Assembly: GCF_964355755.1 (NCBI RefSeq)
Contig: NC_092673.1
Span: forward strand, 17,233,648-17,297,647
Source of the DNA: Antedon mediterranea
Taxonomy: Eukaryota; Animalia; Echinodermata
Length of the DNA: 64,000 nucleotides
Direction: 5' to 3'
The notes beneath the pieces were generated by a model. That model was given only the letters and a program-made list of their open reading frames with translations, was not told the origin of the DNA and did no database searches. Shown piece after piece: positions 12,001 to 21,907 of this stretch (positions are counted from its first letter, which is position 1; the number at the start of each line of letters is the position of its first letter). The translations under genes and the position numbers were made by a program.

Positions 12001-15000
12001 ATAATATTTGTTCATATGTTGTCAAAAGGCCTTCAAGAATATTACTCAGTCAATACTTAAATATTTTTGCAGATGTTCATGACACTTCAAGCACTATATA
12101 TTGTTGTGTTTGATCTCAGTAAACCATTGGATGATCTTGCTACTTTCATTGATTCATCTGGAGTAAGTATTTCTAGAGCATGGCAGCAGTAAAGTATTGT
12201 GATTGAACAAGTCTTCTAATTTATAAGAACAGTTTTTAAAAACTAAGCATTTCAAATTTAACTGTGGTTAATTGTTCTGTAATTCTTTTTCAGAGGAAAT
12301 TTCAACATCATTGGACCAATCTCCAGTTCATATTATCTTACATCCTGTCAGTTTATTCTCATAGTCGTATTGTGGAAGAAGATGAGGAAAATGAAGTTGA
12401 CAAACCAACTATCCTTATTGTGGGTACACACAAGGGTAAGCTTGGTAAGACTGAAAAACAGCAAAATGATGAGGTTAATACTTCTTTTGTTTCTATCTTA
12501 TTATAAATAGCCACAATCAAAGATACATTGCAGTTGTAACTGTTTTTAAATATTACTTAAAATAAATTACCAAATTGACACATTCTTATTATGCGTAAAC
12601 TGTTATTAAAATTATATACAAACAGGCAGAAAAGGTGTTTAAAATTATTCAAGATGTGCTTAAAACTAAACCATATGGAAATCATGTCTACCACAAATAT
12701 TTTGCCATTGAAAACAGTCAACCAACTACAGATAAGAGCTTTAGTGATCTCAAACAAGTTATTGATACGCTTATGAAATCTTTAGAACAGCCTTTTCCTT
12801 TAAAGTGGATGCGTTTTCGATGTGATCTACATGATCTAAGAGGAAAAAAACAGCCCTCCTTTTCTTTGTGTCCTTTAAAAGAGGTAAATGTTATTTGTTT
12901 TGTTTACATTTTTCGAAATATTAAGTCGCAAGTATCTATCAAGTATCTAAAAAAAAAAATTAACGTTTCTAAATATAAGTACCTTTTAATTAAAAAATGT
13001 CCATAGCCTAGCCAATTAGATTACAATATCCAAAATCAAATTTTCATCTCAGATATTTGCTGCCATTGTTTTATTTATAAATTGTGTGTTTGAAAATACT
13101 GAGGTAATTAGCCATTGAAATTCAATATTTCAAACTATTTTTTCATGTAATACCCACATTTTTTATTTAATTCTGAATAATACTAATTATTATTTCTTTT
13201 AGATCAAAATTCTGACAAGTAAGAATGGTATTGTTGAAGAAAAAAACAAATCAGTCCTGCTTAACTTCTTGTACGATCTTGGTGAAATTGTTTACATGCC
13301 TGACAACAAATTATTAAGAGATAAAGTCGTGCTAGATCCGATGAGGCTGGTTGAAATTGTCACCAAATTTGTAACTGTGGTTCCCCCAAAATATCCCGTA
13401 AGTAGACTCATGTAATGTCTTGCATTGTAAAAACGTGTTGCCGTAGTATAATTACTCCTGTTCTGTGTAATTTATTATTCCTTAGCAAAGAATTTGTCAT
13501 TGATAATATTTGATAGAGATGCTTAACATTTTCTATAGATAAAATAAAAGTATGCCGTAAGGCATCATTTGTAATTTACTGTAATTTTTTTACAAGTTTT
13601 AATTAGTTCACTTTTAATATTCTGCTTTCAATCTATTATAATTGAAGAACTATAAAAGTGAATAGCAAACTAAATTGGAGTCATTTCACAGTTTAACCCT
13701 TTTACTGCGTGTACCCGGTATTACCGAGTATAAACATGTCGTCCAACTGCATATAACCATCATTACCGGGTATGCCGGTATTAAACTATTTTCCTGCACT
13801 ACATGTGACCTCTATATTTTTTAATATCGTCTTCTGTAATGATGTCATTAGTATGCAAATTACCATTTTTTTATCCACCACAAAAATATTTACAAAATTA
13901 TCTCATTTAGTAGGTTTTTGCAATTTATTAAAAATCACCTGTCTCTCATTGTTACGCACAGTGAAAGGGTTAAACCACAATACTGTATTATACCAAATAC
14001 CAACACATGGTTCATCTATATTCTAAATGCTATTTCCGTCATCCTCACAAAATACGATGCATGGTTGATAGTTGGTTTCTTTTTAGACCGCTAAATTTAG
14101 AGAATCTTTTGATAAGCTGGACAAAGGCATACTGGAAGAAGACTTGTTGCAAAAATTATGGAAAGATAGTAAAGTTGACAACGGAAAGAATTTTGAGTTC
14201 CTTGTAGCACTGATGATTCAATTAGGTTTCATTTGTGAGAGGGAGACAACCAGCAGCCAAGAAGTGGCAAGTACATCTACAGTAGGTTTTGTTTCTTTAA
14301 TCTTTCATTTTATGCATGTAAGATTTGGGATAAAAAGTATTATTTTAATAGTTTGGATGTTTAATGTTCAGACAAAGTTTGAATAAACTTTCTAATGAAA
14401 ATGTCTACATGATAGAGTATCTTTAGTTTGCTTAAAGTAATCTAAATGGCATTGTTACAAATTAACAATTTCAGAAATCAGTTGGAAAACGATCCTTTTT
14501 TGTGCCACTGCGACTTGCTATCAAGACAAGTAAAGTGAGACAATTACCTGATGATTCACAATCTATCAGCAGGCCTATCTATTATGACTTTGAGGGATAT
14601 CTGCCAGACGTGTTGTTTCCGTATTTAATTATTGAATTCCTTAACAAATTTCAAAAGGAAGGAGTTAACCCAATACTCGCATGTAATTATGCAGAACTTT
14701 ACCTCGACGAAAATCATCATGTGACTTTGTCTCTTGACAAATTTATTACTAAGAATGATGAGCGAAAGTTCTTGTTAAAGGTAATATATAATCTCTAATG
14801 TTCAATAAATATCACTAAATTATGAAAGTTAAATATTGTTTCTTAGTCTTTCCCTAATCTGTCATGTCAGAATCTACTTTAAATGCATATAAAACTAAAA
14901 CTAAATTCTGATAACAAAACATTACATCTATTTTTACTTTCTAGATGGCTATTAAAAGAACAGATTCTTTTGATGAAACGAGTAATGAGGAGCCTTCAGC

Positions 15001-18000
15001 TGAAGCATGTAAATTGGTATGTATCTATACCAGTTACGTTATCTATCTATTTGGAGGTAGTTTATGAAAATGTCAGGTTTGCTTGATGTCTGAAAATGTC
15101 TGCATATATACAATGTATTTTAAAAACCAATTACAAATTACTTTCCAACATTGCATTGTATAGTATAATAATGAATGTTTATGAGATGGATGGTAAGAAT
15201 ATTTTATGAGTTGAAAGATTGACTGCACTATTTTTAACAAAGCAGAGCCGAAAATAGAGCAGTCAATGAATAACATATTCTCTCCATTCAACGAATACAA
15301 AACATTCATTATTTATTTTATAACACACCTATTTTTTATTAAATTTATCCATCGTAAATCAGTGACGAATGTTAGGTCCGGGAAGCTAGGTCATTTAAAA
15401 AGGCGATGATCCAACTTTGGACACGGAGTAGAACCGTAAACAGCGTAAACAAATTACATCCATGTTCTCTTTTATTTTTGTAATTGAATTAGTAAGTAAT
15501 TTTAATATGTATCTGCCTATTAAAAGATTTATTCCCAATCAAGTTTTCAGATTTACACCATAAATCTGAAAACATTGCCTGCCTCACATTACATAAAATG
15601 TCTAACTTTGTAAGCTACTGCATCATTGATGCTTTCATATTTGTTGATATGATATGTGTTAAATTCAATTAAATTCAAATCAACATTAAATTTATATCTT
15701 TAGGTTTTGTCAACAGTTGAGAAGTCATTCGAGCAATCTAAAGATGGTGGTAGAAGAGGGATTCCATTTAAGAGATGCATTCCTTGTCGGTGTAGTGATC
15801 AATTAGACAAAAAGCATTTTCAAATTCTTAAAGATTTCCAATGCAGGAAGTTTACATGCACAGAAACTGGCAAGTCTGTTACGATGGATGTCACATGTTA
15901 CAAGCGGCTGTTTGGAGGTAAGAGTCATTAAATTTATTTATTTTTATTAAGTACATTTTCAATACACTACTTTCTTCATGAAGGACTCTCACTCATCCCT
16001 AGAGCACAGGAAACTGAAAAACAAAAGGCTATTTCTGTTCTATAAACAATTTGTGACCTATTTCTGCAAAAAAGTGACATGTTTAAATAATTATAGAATA
16101 GAAAAAGAGGATACTGTACCTTATTTGAAAATAGACATATTTGATAATACTCTTCCAGTAGTAGTACAACAATCATTATTGATAATCTATACATTGTTAC
16201 AACATGCTGCTATTAGCTGTGATATCTTCATTCATCTTACCAGTAGTAGTACTATCATAATCATTATTGATAATCTATACATTGTTACAACATGCTCCTA
16301 TTAGCTGTGATATCTTCATTACTCTTACCAGTAGTAGTACTATCAGAATCATTATTGATAATCTATACATTGTTACAACATGCTGCTATTAGTTGTGATA
16401 TCTTCATTCCTCTTACCAGTAGTAGTACTATCAGAATCATTATTGATAATCTATACATTGTTACAACATGCTGCTATTAGTTGTGATATCTTCATTCCTC
16501 TTACCAGTAGTAGTACTATCAGAATCATTATTGATAATCTATACATTGTTACAACATGCTGCTATTAGCTGTGATATCTTCATTCCTCTTACCAGTAGTA
16601 GTACTATCAGAATCATTATTGATAATCTATACATTGTTACAACATGCTGCTATTAGCTGTGATATCTTCATTCCTCTTACCAGTAGTAGTACTAGCAGAA
16701 TCATTATTGATAATCTATACATTGTTACAACATGCTGCTATTAGCTGTGATATCTTCATTCCTCTTACCAGTAGTAGTACTATCAGAATCATTATTGATA
16801 ATCTATACATTGTTACAACATGCTGCTGTTAGCTGTGATATCTTCATTCCTCTTACCAGTAGTAGTACTATCAGAATCATTATTGATAATCTATACATTG
16901 TTACAACATGCTGCTATTAGCTGTGATATCTTCATTCCTCTTACCAGTAGCAGTACTATCAGAATCATTATTGATAATCTATACATTGTTACAACATGCT
17001 GCTATTAGCTGTGATATCTTCATTCCTCTTACCAGTAGTAGTACTATCGGAATCATTATTGATAATCTATACATTGTTACAACATGCTGCTATTAGCTGT
17101 GATATCTTCATTCCTCTTACCAGTAGTAGTACTATCAGAATCATTATTGATAATCTATACATTGTTACAACATGCTGCTATTAGCTGTGATATCTTCATT
17201 CCTCTTACCAGTAGTAGTACTATCAGAATCATTATTTGATAATCTATACATTGTTACAACTTGTTGCTATTAGCTGTGATATCTTGTAAAGTGGACACCT
17301 CCTATAACAGAAAGGGACACTCAATTGGCACTATTAGCTGAATCCGTCATAGTTTAGTTTAGTTATAATGGGAAAGTTTAGGCGATGTGCCTTTTTAACC
17401 CCATATCAACTACATTGTGTCGATGCGATTCTTGAAGGTGTTAGTGGTCTCAGAATTGACAACGTCGGCTGGTAAACTGTTCCAATGGTTTATTACGCGT
17501 TGCGAGAAGGTATGTCTTCTACAGTTCAATCCTTTATGGAAAGTAGGCTTGAAAAATCTCAGGTGATGCCCTCGAGTAATTCTGCTAATGTTACTTCTCA
17601 TTTGGAAGAAGTCATCCTTGGCTACACCCTCGAAATCTTTAACAATTTTATATGCTTCAATCAGGTCACCTCGAATTCTTCTGTCATACAAGGTTGTTAG
17701 GCCAAGAAGCTTTAAACGATCTTCATATGAATATGAACGGATACATGGAACTAATTTAGTCGCACGACGTTGTACTCTTTCAATTACATTTATGTCCTTT
17801 TGAAGATACGGATTCCATACTTGAACACAAAATTCGAGATGTGGGCGTACATAATGCTTGTAGATGACGTTAAAACAATCCTTATCCATATATACGAAAG
17901 TCCTTCTGATGCTTCTTAAACAGTTCATGGCCCGCTGAGACACTTTGGCACAGTGTTGGCTTGGTTTACAGTCATTAGTAATTAGTACTCCTAGGTCCTT

Positions 18001-20679
18001 TATTTTCTCAACTGTTTCCAGTTCAACTTCATCTATTTGGTATTTAAAATGAACATTTGAATGTTCGAAGTGCATCACCATGCATTTGCTTTTATTAAAA
18101 GCCAACATCCATTCTTTACTCCACTGCAGTGCATTGTTTAAAGTTCTTGCAATAATTGTCCATCATTTCTGTTGTTAACTACTGAGTAGATCTTTGTATC
18201 ATCAGCAAATAGCTTTATATGACTAGACACATACTTTGGTAGGCCATTTATATATAATGCAAACAACTGGACACTGACTATAATAACAGACACCAGCTGA
18301 ATCTGTGATAAGTGGACTCCTCTAAAATCAGATACTTTTCAATGGTGTCCACTTATACTGTAGGAGGTTCAGTTGTAATTTTTTTTTTCCAGACAAAAGT
18401 GGGCCAAAAGAAAGAAAAGGAAGAGAAACAGATCAAGGTAATGGATCAAAATATATGTTGGAAAATAAGTAGAGTGGAGAGAGAAAATAAAAACTGGTTT
18501 TGATCAGAATTGGGGGGAAACAATAATGATATATATCTCTTGGTATCTTTAGTTTAATCCTTAAACATAAAACATGCAAGACAAATAAAAATCCATAGCA
18601 GCCAAAAAAGCTGAATTGGGGATTTTTAACAAAGGCCAAATTTTTACAAATTTTAAATTTCACATACTTTTTCAAATAAATATTATAAATATTAAACAAT
18701 TAAAAAATTACACATAAAAGCGAGCAAAATGCACAAAGAAGTGTTTTCTAAGAAAAAAAACATGTAAAGTCATTATTATTTAACAATTAAGCAGACTAGT
18801 GAGACATAGAAGAAGCGGGCATTTATTATATCTTGATAATGAGACACCAAATTGTCCATGCATTTTATCATATTTTAACTTTTAGTCGCTTTTTAAACTT
18901 AAGATTTTGTGCAATAATTGGTGTGTTCTATATTTAAATTTTTTTTAAATATTTTATACATATATATCGGTTTTTTATTATACTAATATTTGCTGATCTT
19001 TAAGAAGAATTTCTATTGTTATTTTATTATGATAATAGACATTTCAGTATTTCAGTAATTTTCTGTAATTTTATTTGCAGGAAACACAATGGCATATTCT
19101 GAATCTTTGAACAATTTCAGAGACCTAAAAGCTGGTCTCAGTAGGTGCTTTGATGGTGAAAGATATCATTGGATAAGGTTCCTACTATTTGATCAATTGA
19201 ATGTCGGGGACCTTACAAATAAAGATTTCAATGGACATAACTTACTCAATGCACTTGAAGACAAAGGTTTCATCTCATCAACTAATGTTAACTTGCTGTT
19301 AGAGATTACAAATACATCTGAAATCCAACAGGCCAAAGATCTTGTATCAGAGTATATGAGAAACAACAACATTCTGAATAGACATACTGGTAAAGCTAAG
19401 TTGTCACCTTACAGAAAGCGACTGTTCAAGGCCCTGAATCAAGTTGACCCAGATGCATTACGTAATGTTACTGCTTACTATGAATTGACAAAATATAACT
19501 TATCAAATGTATGGGATGCAGTTCTCAGGCTTGAAATTGATGGAGAATTATCTGATGATCCAGAAAAAATAAATTGGTTTGCAGATCGTCTTAGCACAAC
19601 AGCAAGTAACACACTACTTTGTATGCATTTCTACTTTATATTGTATTAAGTTATTTGTAATATTAATCTTTCATTTATAAACAGTTTAAGTATTTGTAAT
19701 CTGATTAAATTTTTTTTTTTAGGTCATCAACCACGTACAATCTTTTAGCTTTTTGTTGATGGATCTTTTCATCTTTTAATATATTTTTTTCTATATTTTT
19801 AGTGATATTTTTTATTTTCTTTTTGCATGAATACATGAAATGAAATAGTTTAATTTTATTCATTAAAGTTGATTATTTGCATTAAATGATTATTTGTAGG
19901 TGATAGTGAGAAGAAGTGAGACGGCATCATCAAGTCACCAATGTGAACAAAGTGAAGGTAAATTATTCATAAATATTATGCAGGATTGGGAGATAAACAT
20001 AAACATTACACGATTTTAGTATGATTATTGACATGATGATAATGACATAGAAGTTATGAGGAATACTATGAAAGGTATGATTTATACAACACAAAGAATA
20101 TAATTACAATGTTGATTATTAATATAGGAATAAAATAATAAGAGTGAGTAGCTTTGTTGTACTGTAGTTGTTTCTTAAAGCTGATTATAGATAGAAAATC
20201 ATTGAATTATAATTATTATATTATAACCATATTCAAACAATGATTATGATTATTAAACAATAATTATAACAATGCTGAATTTATTACTTAAAATTGGAAA
20301 TGATTTTGTGGTTTTTCATGAATTTTTATTCATAAATCTTAAAATTTTAATTATGATAAGAATGCTATCTACTGAATTTATTAAATAAAATTGGAAATTA
20401 TTCTGGCGTTTCATGAATTATACTGTAATCATATTCAAATAATGATTATGATTTCAACAATGATTATGATGCTAATCCACTGAATTTATTATAGTGGGAA
20501 ATATTGTGGTGTTTTATGAATTTATATTTATTATTCATAATCTTAAAACAACAATTACAATTTCCACAATAATTATGATAACTGTTATACTAAATTGATT
20601 GATACTGTTTTTCATTTGTATAGATCTCTCAGAGGAAGATGAATACTTAAGTCACAGACTTAGCCCAATGATGCAATAA
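1..20679 (+). CDS. Gene 1 (5'-partial, multi-exon): ankyrin-repeat ROCO protein, ANKn-Roc-COR-tandem DED-like
   Basis: Exons with AG/GT borders and consistent phases: <1-13, 233-343, 563-670, 890-994, 1214-1321, 2068-2152, 7510-7602, 8896-9043, 9447-9532, 9885-9949, 10230-10314, 11310-11467, 12073-12162, 12294-12473, 12626-12883, 13203-13397, 14087-14281, 14475-14780, 14945-15016, 15704-15917, 18393-18437, 19081-19620. The 3' end is uncertain (19723-, 19900-19957, 20624-20679). Motifs: GxTPLH, GQEGVGKT, TDGI, WDHGGQ, VVFDLS, VGTH, LNFLYDLGEI..VVLDP. Confidence 0.88.
233..343 (+). CDS. Gene 1 ankyrin-repeat exon DGDTPLHIYLWSGYTTPTLEIVTCLIQHGAPVALQNK
   Basis: ttccag|GAT...AAG|gt, 111 bp, phase 0-0, GxTPLH ankyrin motif. 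Confidence 0.88.
563..670 (+). CDS. Gene 1 ankyrin-repeat exon NGNTPLHSYLGSVYTPNLEIVTCLIQHGTPVALQNK
   Basis: 108 bp, phase 0-0, canonical splice sites. Confidence 0.88.
890..994 (+). CDS. Gene 1 ankyrin-repeat exon DGDTPLHSYLVHGYAILEIVTGLIQHGAPVALQNK
   Basis: 105 bp, phase 0-0, canonical splice sites. Confidence 0.88.
1214..1321 (+). CDS. Gene 1 ankyrin-repeat exon DGDTPLHSYLWGGYTPTLEIVTCLIQHGTPVALQNK
   Basis: 108 bp, phase 0-0, canonical splice sites. Confidence 0.88.
1484..1537 (+). pseudogene. Broken ankyrin cassette DGDTPLHIYLRSSFVLI*
   Basis: Intact acceptor identical to its siblings; homology stops after ~36 bp, followed by an in-frame TAG. Confidence 0.75.
2068..2152 (+). CDS. Gene 1 ankyrin C-cap exon DGNTPVSVLESNRRIGDQRKTEILNFFK
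   Basis: tag|GAT...A|gtaagt; clear paralogue at 54498-54582. Confidence 0.85.
2811..4165. mobile_element. Non-autonomous DNA transposon/MITE, Tc1-mariner/pogo-like
   Basis: Terminal inverted repeats (TA)CCGTAGTTCCYCGGGTAT with TA flanks; no transposase ORF. Confidence 0.75.
4985..6345 (-). mobile_element. Highly degraded LINE reverse-transcriptase fragment
   Basis: Minus-strand remnants of RT motifs (GIQQGSPL-like, LLYAADLLL, YTYLEVVFNSNGKW, AVRSELSR) with many stops and frameshifts. Confidence 0.6.
7510..7602 (+). CDS. Gene 1 linker exon (N)LPSTTVEQFQTQFQKQTSDEQKTKLLKPES
   Basis: ttttag|AT...G|gtgagt, phase 1-1, joins the cap exon to the Roc exon in frame. Confidence 0.75.
8896..9043 (+). 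CDS. Gene 1 Roc exon with P-loop GQEGVGKT
   Basis: AYNEALKDG...LKVIGQEGVGKTCLINACLG, typical Roc G1 context. Confidence 0.92.
9447..10314 (+). CDS. Gene 1 Roc switch-I exon (TDGI) and two insert exons (9447-9532, 9885-9949, 10230-10314)
   Basis: Phases 2-1, 1-0, 0-1 all compatible; poly-Asp segment in the third exon. Confidence 0.75.
10415..10707. mobile_element. Kolobok-like MITE copy (degenerate)
   Basis: Same internal sequence as 11668-11977 in opposite orientation; ATTGTCCCC/GGGGACA termini. Confidence 0.6.
11310..12883 (+). CDS. Gene 1 Roc G3-G5 exons (11310-11467, 12073-12162, 12294-12473, 12626-12883)
   Basis: WDHGGQLIYHGLHR, ALYIVVFDLS, PTILIVGTHK, YFAIEN, FPLKW (start of COR). Confidence 0.9.
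11668..11977. mobile_element. Kolobok-like MITE, ~310 bp
   Basis: TIR ATGTATTGTCCCC / GGGGACAATACATCT with TTAA on both sides; family members near 10415, 49304, 49985, 50985, 61354. Confidence 0.7.
13203..15917 (+). CDS. Gene 1 COR-domain exons (13203-13397, 14087-14281, 14475-14780, 14945-15016, 15704-15917)
   Basis: LNFLYDLGEIVY...VVLDP, KGIL...LW...LMIQLGFIC, FFVP, YLPDVLF, and a Cys/His-rich end (CIPCRC...H...C). Confidence 0.88.
13697..13969. mobile_element. piggyBac-like MITE
   Basis: TTAA|CCCTTTTACTGCGTGTA ... TACGCACAGTGAAAGGG|TTAA. Confidence 0.8.
16156..17285. repeat. 88-bp minisatellite, ~13 copies, intronic
   Basis: Unit CCAGTAGTAGTACTATCAGAATCATTATTGATAATCTATACATTGTTACAACATGCTGCTATTAGCTGTGATATCTTCATTCCTCTTA; ORF starts recur every 88 bp. 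Confidence 0.97.
17350..18270 (-). mobile_element. 5'-truncated CR1-type LINE (RT C-terminal part)
   Basis: LFADDTK remnant, KDLGVLI, VRPHLEFCVQVWNPY, YEDRLKLLGLTTLYDRRIRGDLI, FSQRVINHWNSLP. Confidence 0.9.
18393..18437 (+). CDS. Gene 1 short linker exon (D)KSGPKERKGRETDQ
   Basis: Strong pyrimidine tract + cag, donor gtaatg, 45 bp, phase 1-1. Confidence 0.6.
19081..19620 (+). CDS. Gene 1 exon encoding two tandem death-fold (DED-like) domains
   Basis: FRDLK..LS....IRFLL....LLNALEDKGFISSTNVNLLLEI....AKDLVSEY, then LSPYRKRLF...; resembles the tandem DED layout of caspase-8/cFLIP prodomains; phase 1-1. Confidence 0.75.
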
Positions 20680-20700
20680 ACATGGACATTCTATTCATAC
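20624..20700 (+). other. Gene 1 terminal exon with AATAAA (coding or 3'UTR)
   Basis: tag|ATCTCTCAGAGG...ATGCAATAAA; conserved paralogue at 57104-57180. Confidence 0.65.
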
Positions 20701-20891
20701 AAATGTTATTTAGAGATAAGACCATTTTAACTGTTTTTATATTTTTTTGTGCATTTATATTAGAGTCTCTAGGTTGAGATTACAGGCAAAATCAAATGAC
20801 AAACATACATTTTTTTAGTAATTGATTTAAGTAAGAAGAATATGTGCTACCCCAGACCTCAATGCCATAAACGAGAGTGGATTAATAAATG

Positions 20892-21432
20892 AGTTGTCAA
20901 CATATTGAAGCTGTAACTCAGTTGTCAATTGTGTACTCAATGTTGTAGTAGACAGTTGTCAACATATTGAAGCTGTAACTCAGTTGTAAATTGTGTACTC
21001 AATGTTGTAGTAGACAGTTGTCAACATATGTAAGCTGTAACTCAGTTGTCAATTGTGTACTCAATGTTGTAGTAGACAGTTGTCAACATATGGAAGCTGT
21101 AACTCAGTTGTCAATTGTGTACTCAATGCTGTAGTAGACAGTTGTCAACATATTGAAGCTGTAACTCAGTTGTCAATTGTGTACACAATGCTGTAGTAGA
21201 CAGTTGTCAACATATTGAAGCTGTAACTCAGTTGTCAATTGTGTACTCAATGCTGTAGTAGACAGTTGTCAACATATTGAAGCTGTAACTCAGTTGTCAA
21301 TTGTGTACTCAATGCTGTAGTAGACAGTTGTCAACATATTGAAGCTGTAACTCAGTTGTCAATTGTGTACTCAATGCTGTAGTAGACAGTTGTCAACATA
21401 TTGAAGCTGTAACTCAGTTGTCAATTGTCTAC
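20892..21432. repeat. 62-bp minisatellite, ~8.7 copies
   Basis: Unit AGTTGTCAACATATTGAAGCTGTAACTCAGTTGTCAATTGTGTACTCAATGCTGTAGTAGAC. Confidence 0.97.
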
Positions 21433-21907
21433 TCATTTATATGTCATTTCACATTGAAAACCAATTGCTCTTACTATTTGAAAATGGATGTTTATATGAT
21501 TACAGTTTAGATATCTAAAGTTACATAATTAGCATACACCTTTTGATTGGTAGGATATGGGAACAAAAAGTGGGGTTTTTTCAAATATTGATACAATTAG
21601 AGATGCCCCTACAATCTCAATTTTTTTTCAAAGTGTATATTGCAGTTATAAACATTTTAAAGTAAAGTAATAATTTGATAAATTAAAAAAAAATTCAAAT
21701 TAATAAGGGGACGCGACAGGATATGAGGGCAGCAATTAGGTGTTTGATATAATGATACTGATGATAATAATGTTGCTATTTGTTTGTATTAATAACTATG
21801 GTAGTTATGATTAATGATCCTAAATTGTATTTAAATCAAGAAATCATGTAATAATTAGACCATGACAATCTAAATTTATTGTGACCAAGACAATCATATT
21901 TTCCACT

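Noticed and set aside
15978-17184. Series of 62-aa hydrophobic ORFs
   Set aside because: Products of an 88-bp (non-multiple-of-3) intronic minisatellite.
8896-19620. Assigning the symbol DAPK1, LRRK or MFHAS1
   Set aside because: No kinase or LRR is seen, the C-terminus is tandem DED-like, and the gene is in a lineage-specific tandem cluster.
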